A model generated the notes under the pieces. That model saw only the letters and a list, made by a program, of their open reading frames with translations, ran no database searches and was not told the origin of the DNA. From an uncultured Fibrobacteraceae bacterium (GTDB lineage Bacteria; Krumholzibacteriota; Krumholzibacteriia; LZORAL124-64-63), in the NCBI GenBank assembly GCA_964384055.1, contig CAYLIV010000008.1:25166-89165 (forward strand): a stretch of 64,000 nucleotides of DNA, read 5' to 3'. Positions 40,775-49,596 of this stretch are shown here, piece by piece (the first letter of the stretch is position 1; the number at the start of each line of letters is the position of its first letter). Both the position numbers and the translations under genes were made by a program.

Positions 40775-40932
40775 GGGCCGAAGGTAGCGCCACGACCGGT
40801 GCCGCGCAAACACTTCGCCGGCCGCTCGCGCCGCTTGCAGCATCGTCGTTCGTGTTCTACTCTCGCGAGGCGCTCTCGCCGCGCGCCCCGCAATGCCGCG
40901 GCTCTCTGACGCCATCGACACCGGGACAGCCC

Positions 40933-42012
40933 ATGCAGAAACGTCGTCTCGCCACAAACCTGCTCAAACTGCTGGCCGCCATTCTGGCGAGCCTGCTGGT
41001 CCTCGAGCTGGGCATCCGCCTGCTGGCTCCCATGGACCATTTTTCGTTCATACCCAACACCTACGATCCGGTGGTCGGCATACGGCAGGTTCCGAACGCA
41101 CGCGGCTTTCTCAGCTGCCCCGAGTACGACATCGAAATCCGGATCAACGCGCAGGGATTGCGCGACCGCGACTATCCCTACGGGAAACCTGCCGGTGTGC
41201 GTCGGATTCTCTGCCTCGGCGATTCCTTTACCAACGGTTTCGGCGTGCATCGCGAGGAGACCTTCGCCACATTGCTCGAGCAGGCGCTCGGCGGATCGCC
41301 GGGCGCGGCGGACGCGGCGGACGTGATCGATGCCTGGGAAGTGCTCAACGCCGGCGTGGCCGCCACCGGTACCGCCCAGCAACTGGCCTACTTCGAGCAC
41401 GAGGGGTATCGCTACGAACCCGACCACGTAGTGCTCGCGGTCAGTCCCAACGATTTCGTGGACAACGCCATCAGCGGTCTGTACACCCGGAACGACGCCG
41501 GACGGCTGATCAAGCATCGCGCCCCGCGCAGCCGGACGCTGAAGCTCCTGCGCTTCACCCGGTACCTGCCCGGTTACACGACGCTCTTCGCCCGCTCCCA
41601 TCTGCTCAACACCATCAAGATGCGTTTCGCCACCCGCCACCACGGCAATCTGGAGGCGGCCAGCCGCAGCGGCGCCGACGAGCGGGCGGCCAGCCGGCGC
41701 AACGTCGAGCTGACGCAGGCGCTGATCACGCGACTCGACGCGGCCTGCGACGAGCGATACTGCCGCTTGACCGTGATGATCATTCCACCGCTGCCGGGCA
41801 GTGGCCTGGTCGAGCGTGAAATGGACGAACTGGTGAACCAGGTGCTGGAGAGCGGTATCCCGTGCCTGGATCTGCGCGCGGATTTCGCGGCACTGAGCGA
41901 GCGCGGCATTGTCACCAATTACCCATACGACGGCCACTGGAACGCCACCGGACACCACGCGGCAGCAGATCGGCTGGTGGAGTTCTTCAGGGGGTCGCAC
42001 GGGACTCGTTGA
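40933..42012 (+). CDS. SGNH/GDSL-like hydrolase (AlgX/AlgJ-like) with N-terminal membrane anchor
   Basis: ATG at 40933 (MQKRRLATNLLKLLAAILASLLVL). Block I RILCLGDSFTNGFG and catalytic block DGHWNATGH. The antisense 409-aa ORF is rejected. Confidence 0.7.
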   Translation: MQKRRLATNLLKLLAAILASLLVLELGIRLLAPMDHFSFIPNTYDPVVGIRQVPNARGFLSCPEYDIEIRINAQGLRDRDYPYGKPAGVRRILCLGDSFTNGFGVHREETFATLLEQALGGSPGAADAADVIDAWEVLNAGVAATGTAQQLAYFEHEGYRYEPDHVVLAVSPNDFVDNAISGLYTRNDAGRLIKHRAPRSRTLKLLRFTRYLPGYTTLFARSHLLNTIKMRFATRHHGNLEAASRSGADERAASRRNVELTQALITRLDAACDERYCRLTVMIIPPLPGSGLVEREMDELVNQVLESGIPCLDLRADFAALSERGIVTNYPYDGHWNATGHHAAADRLVEFFRGSHGTR

Positions 42013-42232
42013 CGGGCGTGAACCTGGTCGCCACGCACAGGTGTTCGCCTACCCGATCGAGGTAGTCGGTCAGTTCGTACGAATCGCCGCAGCCGAGGAG
42101 CCATTCGAGGTTGCTGGGATCCAGAAGCTGCCAGCCGTAGCAGTAGAGATAGTACGCGACGCCCGGGGCGCAGAACTAGCCGGCGCAGAACGGTTCGCCG
42201 CTGAGCAGCGAGCGCGCGGGCCGGAATCTCAT
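41986..42232 (-). pseudogene. small Cys-rich ORF (ancestral ~75 aa) interrupted by an in-frame TAG after codon 18
   Basis: RBS agagga 5 nt before ATG at 42232. GC by codon position on the minus frame is about 62/45/86% across 41988-42230, a canonical coding signature. The TAG at 42177-42179 lies between two copies of the 10-bp direct repeat ggcgcagaac (15-bp period). No alternative start exists downstream of the TAG. Confidence 0.4.
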
Positions 42233-42263
42233 GGGAATCCTCTGAACGAGCAACCATCCACGG

Positions 42264-42971
42264 TCAGGTCACGTTGATCTTCCGCACGACCGCATCGCCC
42301 ATATCACGCAGTGCGCCGGCGGGAAACAACGCCACGAGATCCGCGACCAGCGCCGTGGCGGTCCGGTAGGCCCACTCGGCGACGCCGCGGGAACGCACGA
42401 CGGTGAACCACCTGTCAGCCGACGATGCGTCTCGCGCGATCAAGCCGCGGTCGGCGAGTTGATGCAGCAACGACGTCAAGCCGGCGGCCGGATCCCGAAC
42501 GGCTGTCAGGCGTTCGGGCGCGCGGGACGGGCTGATCGGGCTGATCGGGCTGATCGGGCTGATCGGTGACGACGACCGCGAATGCAGCACTGCATTGCGC
42601 AGACGCAAGAGCAGAACGAATTCCTGGTAGGGTCCGGTCCGGCGATCGTACGGCTCGCCGGCCAGCAAGGTGCGCATGGTCTGGACCTGTGCTATCACGT
42701 TGGCGCGGCTTTTCTCCAGTTCGGCAGCCACCGCTGCGAGTTGCCGCACCGAGGCCGCGACGCCGACCTGCTGCGCCTCGCCGGCGATCAAACACAGTGC
42801 ATCGTTGACGAAGGACTCGATACCGGCCGCCGCGAAAACCACCGTAACGAGATCGCCGTCCGGTGATGGCCGGCTGTCGCGGTGCCCCGAATGCGCCCGG
42901 CGCGCGATCCCGAAGAGCTCGCTGCACGGAAGATCCGCATACGCGGCGTTGTCCGGCTCGCGGTCATTCAT
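42264..42971 (-). CDS. hypothetical protein containing an (SPI)4-5 repeat
   Basis: The start codon forms an ATGAATGA overlap with the malQ stop, indicating translational coupling. GC3 is high (~80%). No recognisable domain. Confidence 0.45.
   Translation of the reverse strand: MNDREPDNAAYADLPCSELFGIARRAHSGHRDSRPSPDGDLVTVVFAAAGIESFVNDALCLIAGEAQQVGVAASVRQLAAVAAELEKSRANVIAQVQTMRTLLAGEPYDRRTGPYQEFVLLLRLRNAVLHSRSSSPISPISPISPISPSRAPERLTAVRDPAAGLTSLLHQLADRGLIARDASSADRWFTVVRSRGVAEWAYRTATALVADLVALFPAGALRDMGDAVVRKINVT
42529..42566. repeat. 9-bp tandem repeat gggctgatc x4.2 inside a CDS, encoding SPISPISPISPISP
   Basis: Read directly from the sequence: cgggctgatcgggctgatcgggctgatcgggctgatcgg. Confidence 0.9.
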
Positions 42972-44586
42972 CTCGACACGCCATATCCACACCCGCGTCG
43001 AGATCGTCGTCGTCCCCTTCTTGGTCCTGCTGGTCGGGCCGGCGGCGGTAGAGCCAGGTCAGCCGCTCGAGACGTCGGCTGTCCACGGTCGCCAGCCAGT
43101 CGGACGCGAGGCGCCAGTCCCAGTTTCCCGACTCCACGCCCGGCTGGTTCATGAATCCTTCACGATCGAGCCCGAGTACATCCTGCATGGTGGCGATGCA
43201 GGTGTGGGCCGGGGACATCATGCCCTGGCGGATCATCGTCCAGTGTGGTTCGGTGACCCGCCGGTCGAGGTACTCCTCGATGAACACGCGGCTCGCGGCG
43301 TCGAGTTCGTCGCGCCACCAGGCCCGCGTCGGCGCGTTGTCGTGGGTCCCGCTGTACACGACGCAGTTGGTCGGATGGCTATGGGGCAGGAAGGTGTTTT
43401 CGGGGTCGCTCCAGGCGAATTGCAGAACCTTCATGCCGGGCAATCCGAAGCGGTCGCGCAGGCGCTCGACACGGCGGGTGATCACACCCAGATCTTCGGC
43501 GATGAAGGGCAGGTCGGTGAAGTGCTCGCCGATGACGGTGAAAAAGTCCGCACCCGGTCCCTGCACCCAGCGCCCGTCGACGGCCGTGCCGGCGTCGCCT
43601 GGTACCTCCCAGTAGGCCTCGAACCCGCGGAAATGGTCGAGCCGGACAATGTCCACCTGGGCAAGACTCGCCCGCAGGCGGTCCAGCCACCACCGGTAAC
43701 CGTCGGCAACCATCCGCTCCCAGTCGTACAGCGGGTTGCCCCAGAGCTGGCCCGTGGCGCTGAAGTAGTCGGGCGGCACGCCGGCCTGCACCTGCAGCGA
43801 GCCGTCGGCGGCGAGCTGGAACTGCCGCTGATTCGCCCACACGTCACAGCTGTCGTGGGCCACGAAGATGGGCAGGTCGCCGATGATCCGGATAGCCCGC
43901 TCGTTGGCGTAGGCCTTCAGTTCGAGCCACTGGGTAAAGAAGATCCACTGCCGGAAACGGTACTCCTTGAGCTGTGCCGCGTGCTGCTCGCCAAGCTGCG
44001 CGAGGGTCGTCGCTTCGGCCCGACGCTCATTCTCGGGCCAGGAAGCCCAGGCGTTGCCGGTGAAACGATCCTTCAACACGCAGTACAGCGCGTAGTGGTC
44101 GAGCCAGCCGGCCTGCTGCTCGCACCAGAGCGCAAAGGCGTCCTTCTGTTCGCCGGTGGCACGAACGACAAAGTTCGTGAAGGCATCGCCGAGCAGATCA
44201 TTCTTGTACTTGATCACCCAGCCGAAGTCCACACGGTCGACGGGGAAATCGGGCGGGTTGTCGAGATCCTGTCGGTCGAGCCAGCCACCGTCGACCAGTT
44301 TCTCGGGGCTGATGAGATTGGTGTTGCCGGCGCACGAGGACAGGGTCTGGTAGGGCGAATCGCCGTAGCTGGTCGGGCCTAGGGGTAGGACCTGCCAGAG
44401 GCTCTGTCCGGTCGTTACCAGCCAGTCCACGAAGGCGTAGGCCTGCGGTCCGAAATCGCCGATCCCGAAGCGTCCCGGCAGCGACGTGGGGTGCAGCAGG
44501 ATGCCGCTGGAACGCGGGAACAGCTCGCTGTGGCTGCTGCCGTCGCCGGCGCTGTCTTTAACGGTATCGCTCATCTCGTTGTTCAT
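42964..44586 (-). CDS. malQ: 4-alpha-glucanotransferase (amylomaltase, GH77)
   Basis: GH77 motifs SSGILLHPTSLPG, GDLPIFVAHDSCDVW, WGNPLYDW, DIVRLDHFRGFEAYWEV, IAEDLGVIT. The 570-aa antisense ORF is rejected. Confidence 0.9.
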   Translation of the reverse strand: MNNEMSDTVKDSAGDGSSHSELFPRSSGILLHPTSLPGRFGIGDFGPQAYAFVDWLVTTGQSLWQVLPLGPTSYGDSPYQTLSSCAGNTNLISPEKLVDGGWLDRQDLDNPPDFPVDRVDFGWVIKYKNDLLGDAFTNFVVRATGEQKDAFALWCEQQAGWLDHYALYCVLKDRFTGNAWASWPENERRAEATTLAQLGEQHAAQLKEYRFRQWIFFTQWLELKAYANERAIRIIGDLPIFVAHDSCDVWANQRQFQLAADGSLQVQAGVPPDYFSATGQLWGNPLYDWERMVADGYRWWLDRLRASLAQVDIVRLDHFRGFEAYWEVPGDAGTAVDGRWVQGPGADFFTVIGEHFTDLPFIAEDLGVITRRVERLRDRFGLPGMKVLQFAWSDPENTFLPHSHPTNCVVYSGTHDNAPTRAWWRDELDAASRVFIEEYLDRRVTEPHWTMIRQGMMSPAHTCIATMQDVLGLDREGFMNQPGVESGNWDWRLASDWLATVDSRRLERLTWLYRRRPDQQDQEGDDDDLDAGVDMACRDE

Positions 44587-44867
44587 ACTCCGGTTCGTGT
44601 TGGCGAGGCGGCATCCGGGCTCGTGCCAGTATCAACAGAAACGCGTGATTTGGAAACACTCATTTTCGTGGCTCGTTTTCGTGGTCGACCGGCCGGAAGC
44701 GGTCCCGACATCATGTTTACGGATCGCCTGGCGTGGGCCATAATCGCCGCCGGCGCGGGATGCTCTGTTTTTCCGTCTTGGCCCCGGCCGACGTGCTACG
44801 CCCCGGCCCGTGCGCGCCCGGGGAAACTGCGATGCGACCGGCCGTACCGACAAGAGGAGCGACGCGG

Positions 44868-46151
44868 ATGCGGAACGATTACTTTGGACTCGCCGCACAT
44901 CGGACCAGCGCACGCACCGAAGTCATCGCCGGTGCGACCACCTTCATGACCATGGCCTACATCCTCGCGGTCAACCCGAATATCCTGGCCGAGACCGGCA
45001 TGGACCGCGGCGCGGTATTCACGGCGACGGCCCTGTCGGCGGGTCTGGCGACGCTGGTGATGGCGCTCTACGCGCGCCTGCCCTTCGCCCTGGCGCCGGG
45101 CATGGGACTCAATGCGTTCTTCGCCTACACGGTCTGTATCGAAATGGGCTATCCGTGGCAACTCGCGCTCACGGCCGTGTTCATCGAGGGGCTGATCTTC
45201 CTGGCCTTGACCTTTCTGAACGTGCGCGAGGCGATCGTCAACTGCATCCCGGCCAATCTCAAACGGGCCATCGCCGTGGGCATCGGCCTGTTCATCGCGG
45301 TGATCGGACTTTCGGGCGCCGGCATCGTCGTTCAGGGGGCCGGTACCATCGCCGCGCTGGGCGATCTGACCGCGCGCGAACCGCTGCTGGCACTGATCGG
45401 CCTGTTGCTGACCGGCGCCTTGCTAGCGTTTCGGATCAAGGGCGCGCTCCTGATCGGTATCGTGCTCACCACGGTGATCGGCTGGCCGCTGGGCATCACC
45501 GCGGCGCCCGGCGGCTGGGGAGCGCCGCCGTCGCTGGAACCGATCTTCTGGCAGTTCGACTGGAGCCGCGTGCTGTCGGTAGACATGCTCGTGGTGCTGC
45601 TGACCTTCCTGTTCGTGGACATGTTCGACACGGCCGGTACCCTGATCGGCGTGGCGACCAAGTCGGGTATGCTCGACGCCGACGGCCGCTTGCCGCGCGC
45701 CCGCCGGGCGCTGCTGGCCGACGCCCTGGGCACCACGGCCGGCGCCTGCCTGGGTACGAGCACGGTGACCGTCTACGTGGAAAGCGCCGCCGGGACGGCC
45801 GAGGGCGGCCGCACCGGCCTGACGGCGCTGACCACGGCGTTCCTGTTCCTGGCCGCCCTGCTGGTGTGGCCCCTGTTTCTGGTCGTTCCGAGCGCCGCCA
45901 CCGCGCCGGCCCTGGTCCTGGTTGGCCTGTTCATGGTTTCGCCGATCAAGGACATCGACCTGGACGACTTCACCGAGGCGATTCCTGCGTACCTGACCAT
46001 CATCGCCATGCCCCTGGCGGGCATCGCCAGCGGCATCATGCTGGGTATGCTGTGTTACATCCTGCTGAAGGTGCTGACTGGACGCTGGCGTGAGGTGTCG
46101 CCGGTGGCGTACGGAGTCGGTGGGTTCTTTCTGCTGAAGTTCCTGGTCTAG
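44868..46151 (+). CDS. NCS2 family purine permease (AzgA/PbuG-like guanine/hypoxanthine permease)
   Basis: RBS agaggag before ATG at 44868. N-terminus MRNDYFGLAAHRTSARTEVIAGATTFMTMAYILAVNPNIL is typical of AzgA-like permeases. ~12 TM helices. Confidence 0.85.
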   Translation: MRNDYFGLAAHRTSARTEVIAGATTFMTMAYILAVNPNILAETGMDRGAVFTATALSAGLATLVMALYARLPFALAPGMGLNAFFAYTVCIEMGYPWQLALTAVFIEGLIFLALTFLNVREAIVNCIPANLKRAIAVGIGLFIAVIGLSGAGIVVQGAGTIAALGDLTAREPLLALIGLLLTGALLAFRIKGALLIGIVLTTVIGWPLGITAAPGGWGAPPSLEPIFWQFDWSRVLSVDMLVVLLTFLFVDMFDTAGTLIGVATKSGMLDADGRLPRARRALLADALGTTAGACLGTSTVTVYVESAAGTAEGGRTGLTALTTAFLFLAALLVWPLFLVVPSAATAPALVLVGLFMVSPIKDIDLDDFTEAIPAYLTIIAMPLAGIASGIMLGMLCYILLKVLTGRWREVSPVAYGVGGFFLLKFLV

Positions 46152-46211
46152 CCAGCCGTGGAGTGGCGTCTCCCGTCGCCACTGTGCGGACACCGGCAGC
46201 GCCGGCCGCGT

Positions 46212-48380
46212 TCATCGTTCGCGGGTTGCCGCCTCGCCCAGATCGGCAACCACACGCGCGAGTTCAGGCAGTGGTCCGGGAAAGAGGTCGTCGGACACGG
46301 CGCCGGCAGCGGGCACGATCGACTGCAGCGCCGTCACGTCCCGCAACCCCGCGCGCAGATGCCGCCAGCACAGCGGGATGTAGCGGCGAAATCCCGATTT
46401 ACCCTTCACCTCGGACAGGTAGCCGAAGGCGCCCAGCGCCTGCATGCTACGCTGCAGTCCGGCGACCGTCGCCATGACCCGCAGCACAGTCGGATCGAGA
46501 TCAGGGCCCCCATGTGTCGCCAGCTGCCGGCGGTAGTATTCGCGCAACGAGTCGATGGCCGTCTCACCGAGGTCGACGTAAGCGTCGCGCAACATCGACA
46601 TCAGATCGTAGGCGATGGGACCACGCCGCATGCCCTGGAAATCCACGAGCCCGATCCGCGGCGGCGCGGCGTCCCCTGCGCCGGAGACGACGATGTTCTG
46701 GGACTGGAAATCGCGGTGTATCAGTACGACCGGCTGCGCGAGGGCGGCCTCGGCCAGGCGGCGGAAATCGTCGTCGAGGCACTCGAGATCGGCCGGCGGC
46801 AGACCGATCACACCGTGCAGGAATCGCCGGCGGAAGTAGTCGGTCTCCCAGCGCAGGGTCTCGTAGTCGAGCTGGCGGTCGCAGGCTTCGGGGCAGGCAT
46901 CCATCATGGCGGTGCCGCGAACCTGCAGTTCGACGAGCAGATCGATCACCGGCCGGTACAGGTGGTCGGGCGCCGTCGTGGCTGCCGCTGACGCGACACA
47001 CAGCGTCCGCCGCCCGTGATCGGTCATCAGAATCTGGCGGTCGACGTGATCCGCAGCCAGAATGTCCGGGCCGCCCAGTTCCTGCTCGTGCAGGAAACGG
47101 CCGATGGCAACGAAGCGGTCGAACTCCTCGTCCGCGGGCGGCGATTGCATGAGGACCGCTCGGCGGTCGCCCGCGCGCAGGCGCCAGAATCGGCGATCCG
47201 AACCGTGGCCGGTGATGGGCGTGACGGTACAGGCGTCGCCTTCGGGATCATCTGCGGCGCCACACTCGCCGAATCCCGCCTCGTTGACGATACGCGCGCC
47301 CAGCACGTCGTTCTGCTCGCGCGTCACCACGAAATCCGAACCGACGATCGCGTCCCGCAGCTCAGTACCCGGTTCGATATCGGCACCTGGCAGGACGACA
47401 CAATCGACCAGGCGGCAGTCGGCGCCGAGTGTCGCCCCACCGTCGACGAAGCAGAAGCCTTCGAGTGTCGCTCCGGGGTCGAGGCGGGCGCCGGCAGCGA
47501 CCAGAATCGGCGTTTTCGCCGGTGCCCCCCGGGGGGTCATCGCACCGCCCCCGGCCCCGGTTTCAGGCCCGACAGGATCTGCGATCTCGCGTTCCGCAAG
47601 CAGGCGCCGGGCAAAGCGCGGCCGCCGCCCGCCGAGCAGCTGTCGGTGCACGTCGAGCAGCCGGCCCACCGTACCCAGGTCGTTCCAGTACAGATCGTCG
47701 GGCGCCAGACCGCGTACCGCGTCGACACGCGCCCGCAACGTGGCCACGAGGGCATCGGCGAGCGACGAAAAACCGGCCGGCAGGTAATCGAAGATCTCGC
47801 GTGAAAAAGCCGCGATGCCGGTGTAGGTCAAGGGGCGATCGCCGGCCGACGGCGCTGCGCCGAGCTTGCCGGCAATCTCGCCGATGGTGCCGTCGGACCT
47901 CAGAACGACGGAATTCACCCGGGGCCAGTCCGTCAGGACCAGCGTCGCCACCGCGCCCGTTCGCGCTCGGTTGCGACGGTGTTCGTCCAGCAGCAGCCGC
48001 AGATCGAGATCGCACAGCACATCGCCGTTGTAGAGCAGGAAATCGTCGTCTGTGTCCAGAAACTCGCGCGCGCCGACCAGTGCGCCGCCGGTGCCCAGAA
48101 TCTGCGGTTCGTGAAAGACCGTGAAGCGAGTGCCCGGAGTCTCGGCCGTCTGGCTGCCGGCCGAGGCGGTTTCCAGATACTCGGCGATCTGCTCCGACAG
48201 GTGGTGCGTGTTGACGGCGGCCCGCGTGATGCCGGCGGCAACGAACGCATCTGCGATGATGGACAGGAGCGGCCGGCCGAGCACCGGCAGTAGCGGTTTG
48301 GGCAGATACCGGGTCAGCGGACGCAGGCGCGTGCCGAGACCGGCAGCGAGGATCATGCCTGTCGTGCCGCGCTCACCCAT
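46212..48380 (-). CDS. bifunctional MurNAc/GlcNAc-1-phosphate nucleotidyltransferase (MurU-like, N-terminal) / aminoglycoside-phosphotransferase-fold sugar kinase (AmgK-like, C-terminal)
   Basis: Start overlaps the upstream stop (ATGGGTGA). N-terminal GxGTRL nucleotidyltransferase motif MILAAGLGTRLRPLTRYLPKPLLPV. C-terminal APH-like catalytic loop VLIHRDFQSQNIVV and a DFQ metal-binding motif. Confidence 0.7.
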   Translation of the reverse strand: MGERGTTGMILAAGLGTRLRPLTRYLPKPLLPVLGRPLLSIIADAFVAAGITRAAVNTHHLSEQIAEYLETASAGSQTAETPGTRFTVFHEPQILGTGGALVGAREFLDTDDDFLLYNGDVLCDLDLRLLLDEHRRNRARTGAVATLVLTDWPRVNSVVLRSDGTIGEIAGKLGAAPSAGDRPLTYTGIAAFSREIFDYLPAGFSSLADALVATLRARVDAVRGLAPDDLYWNDLGTVGRLLDVHRQLLGGRRPRFARRLLAEREIADPVGPETGAGGGAMTPRGAPAKTPILVAAGARLDPGATLEGFCFVDGGATLGADCRLVDCVVLPGADIEPGTELRDAIVGSDFVVTREQNDVLGARIVNEAGFGECGAADDPEGDACTVTPITGHGSDRRFWRLRAGDRRAVLMQSPPADEEFDRFVAIGRFLHEQELGGPDILAADHVDRQILMTDHGRRTLCVASAAATTAPDHLYRPVIDLLVELQVRGTAMMDACPEACDRQLDYETLRWETDYFRRRFLHGVIGLPPADLECLDDDFRRLAEAALAQPVVLIHRDFQSQNIVVSGAGDAAPPRIGLVDFQGMRRGPIAYDLMSMLRDAYVDLGETAIDSLREYYRRQLATHGGPDLDPTVLRVMATVAGLQRSMQALGAFGYLSEVKGKSGFRRYIPLCWRHLRAGLRDVTALQSIVPAAGAVSDDLFPGPLPELARVVADLGEAATRER

Positions 48381-49560
48381 AGTGGAGCGATCCTGCGATC
48401 TCGTCGGCAAAACCGGCGAGCCCCGCTTGCCAGGTCGCCGCTATCTCGAAGGGCGAGAGACCGGCCTCGATATCCCGGCGAAACCCGGCACCGCCCGCGA
48501 GGATGTCGATGGGCAGCTTCTGGGTCTCGTACTCGTAGGGCGGCTCAGTCCAGCACAGCGCATCCGGCCAGAGATCGCGTACCGCGCACAGGATGGCGGT
48601 GGTGGCGAGCACGGGCCGGAACGTTTCGCGATCGGTCACGTGCAGCTGCGCGCCGCCGCACAGCCGGCCGGCGTGTTTCTGAAAAGTCGGCTCGAAGTGC
48701 AGCGGGCGCCAGCGGCAGCCGGGCAACTCCCACTGCCGCAGCCGCGCGACGAGGCGCTGGGGATCGATCGGCGGCGCGCCGAAGATCTCGAAGGGACGCG
48801 TGGTGCCCCGGCCTTCCGACAGCTCGGTGCCTTCCAGCAGACACGCCCCCGGGTATACCAGCGCGCTGTCGGTGGTCGGCAGGTTGGGCGAGGGCATGAT
48901 CCAGGGCAGTCCGGTGTCCGTAAAGAGCATCGCGCGCCGCCAACCATCCATCCAGACGACCTCGAGTTCGACGTCGGCGGTTTGCGGCAAGCTGGTCTGG
49001 AAGTGCCGGGCGAGTTCGCCGATGGTCAATCCGTGACGCATGGGAATCGGCGCCAATCCCACAAACGAAGCGTACTCCGGCTGCAGTATCGTTCCTTCTC
49101 GCTGGACACCACCCAGGGGATTCGGCCGATCCAGCACCACGACCCGCTTGCCGTACCGCGCGCAGGCCTCGAGGCACAGCAGCAGGGTCCAGATGAAGGT
49201 GTAGTAGCGCGCACCCACGTCCTGCAGGTCGACGACCAGGGTGTCGATGTCGGCGAGCATCTCGGCCGTGGGCCGGCGCACGTCGCCATAGAGGGAGTAG
49301 GCCGGCAGACCGGTCGCGGGGTCACGAAAGCCCTGCCACTCGACCATGTTGTCCTGTGTCTCACCGCGCAAGCCGTGTTGCGGGCCGAACAGGCAGCGTA
49401 GATCGACCTGCTGCGCCGCCAGCAGCAGGTCGGTCGCGTGACGAAGCCGGCGATCGACCGAGGCCGGATGCACCAGCAGACCGACTCGCTGCCCGGCCAG
49501 GACGGTACAGTCGCTCCGGCAGAGCACCTCGAGTCCGGAGAGCACGGTGGCTGCGGACAT
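48373..49560 (-). CDS. DUF1343-family protein (NamZ-like exo-beta-N-acetylmuramidase candidate)
   Basis: Size, composition and conserved blocks (LFGPQHGLRGE, VVDLQDVGARYYTF, RPNPLGG) fit the YbbC/NamZ family. Genomic context with the MurU/AmgK-like fusion supports a role in MurNAc salvage. Confidence 0.55.
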   Translation of the reverse strand: MSAATVLSGLEVLCRSDCTVLAGQRVGLLVHPASVDRRLRHATDLLLAAQQVDLRCLFGPQHGLRGETQDNMVEWQGFRDPATGLPAYSLYGDVRRPTAEMLADIDTLVVDLQDVGARYYTFIWTLLLCLEACARYGKRVVVLDRPNPLGGVQREGTILQPEYASFVGLAPIPMRHGLTIGELARHFQTSLPQTADVELEVVWMDGWRRAMLFTDTGLPWIMPSPNLPTTDSALVYPGACLLEGTELSEGRGTTRPFEIFGAPPIDPQRLVARLRQWELPGCRWRPLHFEPTFQKHAGRLCGGAQLHVTDRETFRPVLATTAILCAVRDLWPDALCWTEPPYEYETQKLPIDILAGGAGFRRDIEAGLSPFEIAATWQAGLAGFADEIAGSLHYG

Positions 49561-49596
49561 GTTGGACCTCACTCGGCGATCATTTCTTGCCGGCAT

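Noticed and set aside
42670-44382. 570-aa ORF on the plus strand
   Set aside because: Antisense to malQ (clear GH77 motifs) and to the SPI-repeat gene. Low-complexity Arg/Gly/Val composition. Shadow ORF.
44587-44867. Possible purine riboswitch upstream of the NCS2 purine permease
   Set aside because: I could not find the conserved purine-riboswitch three-way junction or loop motifs. The region is GC-rich without the expected P2/P3 pairing, so it is left as a plain intergenic/promoter region.
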